From positions 1,612,001 through 1,666,570 of the forward strand of contig NW_027140825.1 of the NCBI RefSeq assembly GCF_036365525.1: DNA of 54,570 nucleotides. The letters are read 5' to 3'. Every line of letters begins with the position of its first letter. Positions within the stretch are counted from its first letter, which is position 1. Under the pieces are notes generated by a model. It had not been told where the DNA came from, did not search any database, and saw only the letters and a list, made by a program, of their open reading frames with translations. Both the position numbers and the translations under genes were made by a program. The DNA is from Heterodontus francisci (taxonomy: Eukaryota). This document shows positions 49,261 to 54,570 of the stretch, piece after piece.

Positions 49261-49611
49261 GCGAAAACGATACGATTAGGCCTGCCAAAGTTACTGTCTT
49301 TGAGCCCTCTCCCGAAGAGATTAGAGAAAAGAAAAAAGCCACTGTGGTCTGCCTCGTCAGCGACTTCTACCCCGACAACATCAAGATCCACTGGCTTGTC
49401 GATGGCAAGGAGAAAGATGCCAATGACACGAACATTCATACTGATCTCAATGCCATCCTATCAAAAGAAAATACATCTTACAGCATCAGCAGCCGGCTGA
49501 GATTCGACGCCCTAGATTGGGCTCGGTCCAAGAACGTTGAGTGCAGAGTAGATCTCTACACTAACGAATCAGTGCCTGCAACAAGCAGTTCAACATTAGC
49601 TGTCAAAGCAG
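49261..49611 (+). CDS. TRBC: TCR beta constant exon 1 (Ig C1 domain)
   Basis: PAKVTVFEPSPEEIREKKKATVVCLVSDFYPDNIKIHW..YSISSRLR..W..VECRV; phase-1 splice sites. Confidence 0.98.
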
Positions 49612-49931
49612 GTAGGCACACTAGTGAGACCAATACCATTTTGTTTCAGCTTCAAAGAAATCAGAAAGTTGCATTTATATAGCACCTGTGCTCTTATGAA
49701 AGTACGAATAAGCAAGTAGATGTGTCAGTAAGTCAATAAATAATTAAATAATTCATGAAATAGAACAATATTGTAGTGTAAAGGGGAAGATATGGTTAAA
49801 CACTCGATTAAAATGACTCTCAATATATTAGACTACAGTGCGGGACTCAATTGTGATAATCTACATTTACACAGTGATTTCATAAAATATTCTGATGCTG
49901 AATGTTTATTGATTTTTCTTTCTTTTCCCAG

Positions 49932-49952
49932 AAATGTGCGGTCTAAGTAAAG
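49932..49952 (+). CDS. TRBC: TRBC exon 2 (hinge, EMCGLSK, interchain Cys)
   Basis: ttttcccag | AAATGTGCGGTCTAAGTAAAG | gtgaa. Confidence 0.92.
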
Positions 49953-49974
49953 GTGAATATCTATCTGCTTCTAT

Positions 49975-50530
49975 CTGTATCTGGTCTCCACACATTGTAA
50001 AGGAGGTGAAGGTCCTTGAGAGGGTGCAGAGGAGATTTACCCCAATGGTTCCAGAGATGAGGAATTTTAGCTACAAAGTTACATTGGAGAACCTGGGTTG
50101 TTCTCCTTGGAGAAAAGGAGATTGAGGGGCTATTTGACAGTGTTGTACAAGATTATGACAGGTTTACAATAGGTAGACAAAGAAAAGTTGTCCCCATGAG
50201 TTGCTGGCACAAGGTCTGGGGTGGGGGTCTCTGTCTGTTTTCAGGCTTTGGGAAAAAGATGCAGTGGGGGGTGGGGGGGGGGAGGATGTGAGGAAGAAGT
50301 GTTTGATGCAGCGAGTGGTAATGACCTGGAAGTCACTGTCTACGAGGGTGGTGGAAATGGAGATAATGAATGATTTCATAAGGGAACTGGACGGACTGTT
50401 GAGGGTAATTAACTTGCAGGGGAATGGAGATGGAAGGGGAGAGCTGGACTGATTGGATTGCTCTATAGAGATCCTGCATGGACTCGATGGGCCGAATGAC
50501 CTCTTTCAGTGCTGTAATGACTCCATGACT
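49975..50530 (+). mobile_element. CR1-type LINE fragment in TRBC intron 2
   Basis: KVLERVQRRFTPMVPEMRNFSY. Confidence 0.85.
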
Positions 50531-51313
50531 CAAAAAATATTCACCAATAATTCTGGAATTATTACTGTGTCAGACATTTCATGTATATACTCATTTCAAC
50601 ATTTCCAAGCTGTAGTTTTACAGTTATACATACTATCATGCACAACGAGTTGATGAGAAAACTCCTCTGGGAGGGAAAGGCCGTTGGAATTTCGAGACCA
50701 GCCTAGTCGAATGATATAACCTCACGGTCCTCTTGGGTTCACGACCTCAGGGAAATATGTTGCCCTGTGATGAGGGAGAGGGGACGCCTGGGGATGGGAG
50801 GGGAGGGAGCTGTGTACACCTGTCTTAAAACTTACAATTCCTTGGGAGTTCATAGTGTGAATCTGGCGTGGAGATAAGAGGGACAGTTCCACTTCCCAGA
50901 GGTTAAATTAGTTTAACACATCATCTCAAAGAAGGTTCCTCCAAAGTTGCAGTGCAGCACACACGCTGTCTACTGGCACTGGGAGAGTCAGTCTGGATTA
51001 TGGGGTTCATGTCTTTGGACTGGGTCTTGAAGACAGGAGAGCGTTACCCACTCAGCTAGAGCTGATACATACGTGAGCCATAGCTGACACATAAGTTACA
51101 GCGGCCCCAATTCAGATCGGCCATATTGCTGAACTCCATTTGGAGTAAGGAATACCCCAGGGCTCCTTGCGTCAAAGGGAGATCAGTTCTGCTTTCGCAG
51201 CTCGACCCTTACATTGGGCTGCTTCACTGACACACATGACATTTTCACGCAGTAGCATTTCTTGCCTTGAGAGAACAGAGAGTGCAACATTTTCTGTTAC
51301 ATTTATTTTACAG

Positions 51314-51420
51314 AGGCGAAAATCAAAAGCATGGCAACAGCAAAACTGACATACCTGATCCTCATCTGCAAAAGCATCTTTTATACAATTTTCATCTCAA
51401 CAATTGCTTGGAAAACTAAG
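51314..51420 (+). CDS. TRBC: TRBC exon 3 (transmembrane) EAKIKSMATAKLTYLILICKSIFYTIFISTIAWKTK
   Basis: CART-type Y..K...Y pattern with the CD3-binding Lys; phase-0 GTAAG donor. Confidence 0.95.
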
Positions 51421-51799
51421 GTAAGATTAAAATTACTGAAGTTCTTAACATAGGTATTGTAATGATGAAACTGGGTAAAGAAGTTTCTCCTGAATTCCAG
51501 ACTGAAATTACGAGTGACTATCCGATATTCACGAGCCCTAGTTTTGCATTCCTATTGCACGCAGATGGAATACACCAATTCACTTTCCATTCATTCCTGC
51601 GCCCACAACACTAACCAACCAATTTAATCCAGTTGAACACAATTGTCAATGTTCTGGAATTTCCCTTGGAAAATAATTGAACTTATTGTAACTTTACAAG
51701 ACTTTATATGAAAGGTTAGGAATGCATGAGCAGGAAAGAGCATGTGCATGGTTCGTCTCGATTATTCATGCACATGATGATCTGCTCAGGACAGTGATG

Positions 51800-52330
51800 T
51801 CGAGTCATTGGAGAGGGTGAAGGGGCGATTTACTTGAACGGTAACAGTGTTGAGGGACCTCAGTGATGTGAGGAGAATACGGAAGTTGGGATTGTTCTCC
51901 TTGGATCAGGGAAGGTTAAGGAGAGATTTAATAGAGGTGTGCACAATGATGAAGGGTTTGGATAGGACAGCGAATGGGGTAACAGCTTCAAAGAGGCAGC
52001 AGGATTGCCCAACCAAGGACACAGCTGTAAGGTGATTAGCCAAGGGAGCAGAGGGGCAGGTGAGAAATATATTTTGAGCCAGCGAGTTGTTGTGGTTGAG
52101 AATGCACTGGCTGAAAGGTCGGTGGAAGCTGATTCAGTAGTAACTTTCAAGAGGGAATTGGATGAATACTTGTTTGAGGGGGTTGAGGTAGTGGGGGAGG
52201 GAATAGTCTCAGGGCTATAGGGGAAAGAACTGTGAAATGGGACTAATTGGACAGCTCTTTCAAAATGCCAGTATAGGCACGCGGGACGAATGGCCTCCTT
52301 CTGTTCTGTATCAGTCCATAATTCCATGAC
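51800..52330 (+). mobile_element. CR1-type LINE fragment in TRBC intron 3
   Basis: KLGLFSLDQGRLRRDLIEV. Confidence 0.8.
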
Positions 52331-52365
52331 GATAATAACGCCCTCTTTTTTTTATCATATACCAG

Positions 52366-52392
52366 ACGTCTTACAGCAAAAGGTTTGACTGA
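52366..52392 (+). CDS. TRBC: TRBC exon 4 (cytoplasmic) TSYSKRFD*
   Basis: Polypyrimidine tract + accag acceptor; phase 0; TGA stop. Confidence 0.8.
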   Translation, partial: TSYSKRFD

Positions 52393-52640
52393 TCGTCGCA
52401 AATTAATGAACTCAAAGGATGGATAAGCAGCAGAACACACGAGGGAGCAAGGGGAGAGAAAATACGATTATTGTGAATATCTCGGGGGTGAATTTCGTCT
52501 AAACCACTCCCGCTGTACTCGCGTAACTTTGGCGGACAACCCTAAATACCCATCACCACTGCGGGAAACGAACAGAGGAAATTTTAAGCCCCAGTCTGTC
52601 TTTTCCACTCGAATAAGTCCTTTCATATTCTCGTCAATGT

Positions 52641-52646
52641 ATTAAA
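52641..52646 (+). terminator. Candidate polyadenylation signal ATTAAA
   Basis: About 250 nt after the stop codon, followed by GT-rich sequence. Confidence 0.45.
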
Positions 52647-54570
52647 TTCCTGTTGTCTCAGTAGGTGAAGCTTTGAGAAACGTGCAAACTTCTTTTCCAG
52701 TTTATTTTGTCTGTTTATTAATTGTTAGTCTGTGTTGTTTGAAACGTTATAAAGAAACATACAACCTTACAGGACGAAAGGAGGCCACTTGGCCCATCGT
52801 GCAAGTGCTAGCTCTTTGAAAAAGCCAGTTGTTAATGCCAAGGCGATCAATTCCAGCTTTGCTGATCTCTCCATGAAACATAAGTCCCTCATTCCGTGCA
52901 ATTCTCGTAAAGCTGTGTATAATATTAAGCAGTCGTAAACAAATTGTAACTTCAAGTTCTGTTTAGTGCAACTATTAATGTCTTTTTTCCCTTTTCTGTT
53001 AATGCAGAAATGTTATTACTATTTGTATCAGACACCTCATCGATTGCAGATGGAAAATGCGCTCATAATTGTCCATTATTTGTCGTGGGGTTCTCAGTGG
53101 ATCCAGTATCGACAGCTCGCTTGTGATCTTCTACATTTTTTTTTCTTTTCTTGTTCACTGGTTAAGAAATAAATAGAATATTTCGACAAAGAAAACCGTT
53201 TCTCTCCACTATTATTTCAGTTTTACCCCACGCGCTTGGCACAACATTTCCAAACAACATTAAAATATGCAGGTAGACATTAGATTAATTTTATTGGGTA
53301 ACGGGATCAAGGGATATTGAGCAAAGATGGGGAAATGGGGTTGGTGTGCAGATCTTCCATGATCTAATTGAATGGCGGAACATGTGCCGGGGTTTAATGG
53401 ACTCCTCACACTATGCCTATGTAATAGGCTCGAGGGGCTGAATTGGACTCCTCCTGTTGCAATGCAACAGGCTCTCCTGATTTGAATGACCTCCTCCACC
53501 CAATTCTATGCAACAGCATGAGAGGGCAGAATCGCTTCCTCGCTCTACGTGGCAGCTTCGAGTGGGCTAAATAGTCTCCTGTTTCCCTGTTGCTATGTGT
53601 AACCCATCCCTGACAGCCACTGAGAAGGTGGCGATGAACTACTTTCCTGAACACAAATGAATGTCTTTCTAGGCCATTTCAGAGAGCGGTTATGAGTCAA
53701 CCACATTGCTGTGGGTCTGGAGTTGCATGCAGGCCAGGCCGGGTAACGGCTGCAGATTTCCGTCCCTAAAGAACATGAGTTAACCAGATGGAGTTTGATA
53801 CAAATCTCTCGCAGTTTCAAGGTCGCCATTGCTGATGTTAGCTATTTATTGCACATTTTGAGCTAATTAGCAGAATTGAAATTCCCCAGCTACCATGATG
53901 GGATTTGAACTCATATCTTGGGATTATGAGCCCAGACCATTCCTACCACAATGCTGTCCTTCCACGCAATTTCACCGATGAGTGCTTTACCAGACTGTTC
54001 TAGATTTGGGCAATTTCATCCCCGGCTTTGGCACCCAGGACGCTGCACCCCTCCTTTGTAAATGGTTTGCTCTGAGCGGGCAATGGCGCTCACAGTCGCC
54101 AAGGGATTGTCCACGTGGGAGATGGGTAATGACAGGTGGTTGCTGTCTCCCTTCTGCCCTATGGGGTTACTGAGCGATACTGTTGGGGAGGGATCGAGCC
54201 AGTCACCTCTGTGTTTAACTGCACCAGACCCAGGCTGTGTTCAAAGAAACCTAGGAACAAGAGGGGGGCCATTTTGATCCTCGCATCTGTTCTGCCATTC
54301 AGTGAGACCTTGTCTGAACTGCACCCCAGCTCCATAGAGATTTCAGCACAGAAACAGACCATTCAGCCCGTCTGGTCCATGCCAGTGTTTCAGCTCCACA
54401 TGAGCCTCCTCCCACCCACGCTTCATCTCACCCCAGCACATCTCCTTCCATTCCGTTCTCTTTCAAGTGCTTTCCCAACTTCCCCTTAAAGGCATCGATG
54501 CTATTCTTCTTAAAGTGGTAGCGAGTTCCACGTTCCCACCACTCTCTGGGTAAAGAAGTCTCTCCTGATT

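Noticed and set aside
48906-49682. 258-aa ORF as a single-exon gene
   Set aside because: Canonical splice sites define C exon 1 at 49261-49611; read-through is kept only as a hypothesis.
52700-54570. Inverted V or E-beta enhancer downstream of C
   Set aside because: No RSS, V motif or Runx/ETS cluster seen; mostly repeat fragments; either may lie beyond the window.

Overview
This is eukaryotic DNA: the 3' half of a cartilaginous-fish (shark-like) T-cell receptor beta (TRB) locus, entirely on the + strand. In order, it holds three intact V genes (leader exon, V exon, 23-RSS), an orphan leader, and several decayed V relics. A V-D interval follows with a CTCF-motif pair and no trypsinogen motifs that I could find. 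Next come D1 with 10 J segments and D2 with 18 J segments, then a single four-exon C-beta gene. About 21 of the 28 J look functional. The D1-J1 cluster is a paralog of the D2-J2 cluster without its own C. Intergenic DNA is mostly CR1 and RTE LINE fragments, SINEs and minisatellites, and most ORFs in the track are spurious or retroelement remnants. Most interesting points: (1) two D-J clusters share one C; (2) AP-1 motifs lie in the V 23-RSSs but GATA motifs in the D 23-RSSs, the reverse of mouse; (3) there is an IGCR1-like CTCF pair; (4) a J relic reads in frame, unspliced, into C-beta; (5) J heptamers approach consensus only far from D; (6) a SINE remnant with Runx/ETS motifs is conserved downstream of both D segments. 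Segment numbering is mine. Repeat boundaries are approximate, and comparisons with mammalian sequences are from memory.
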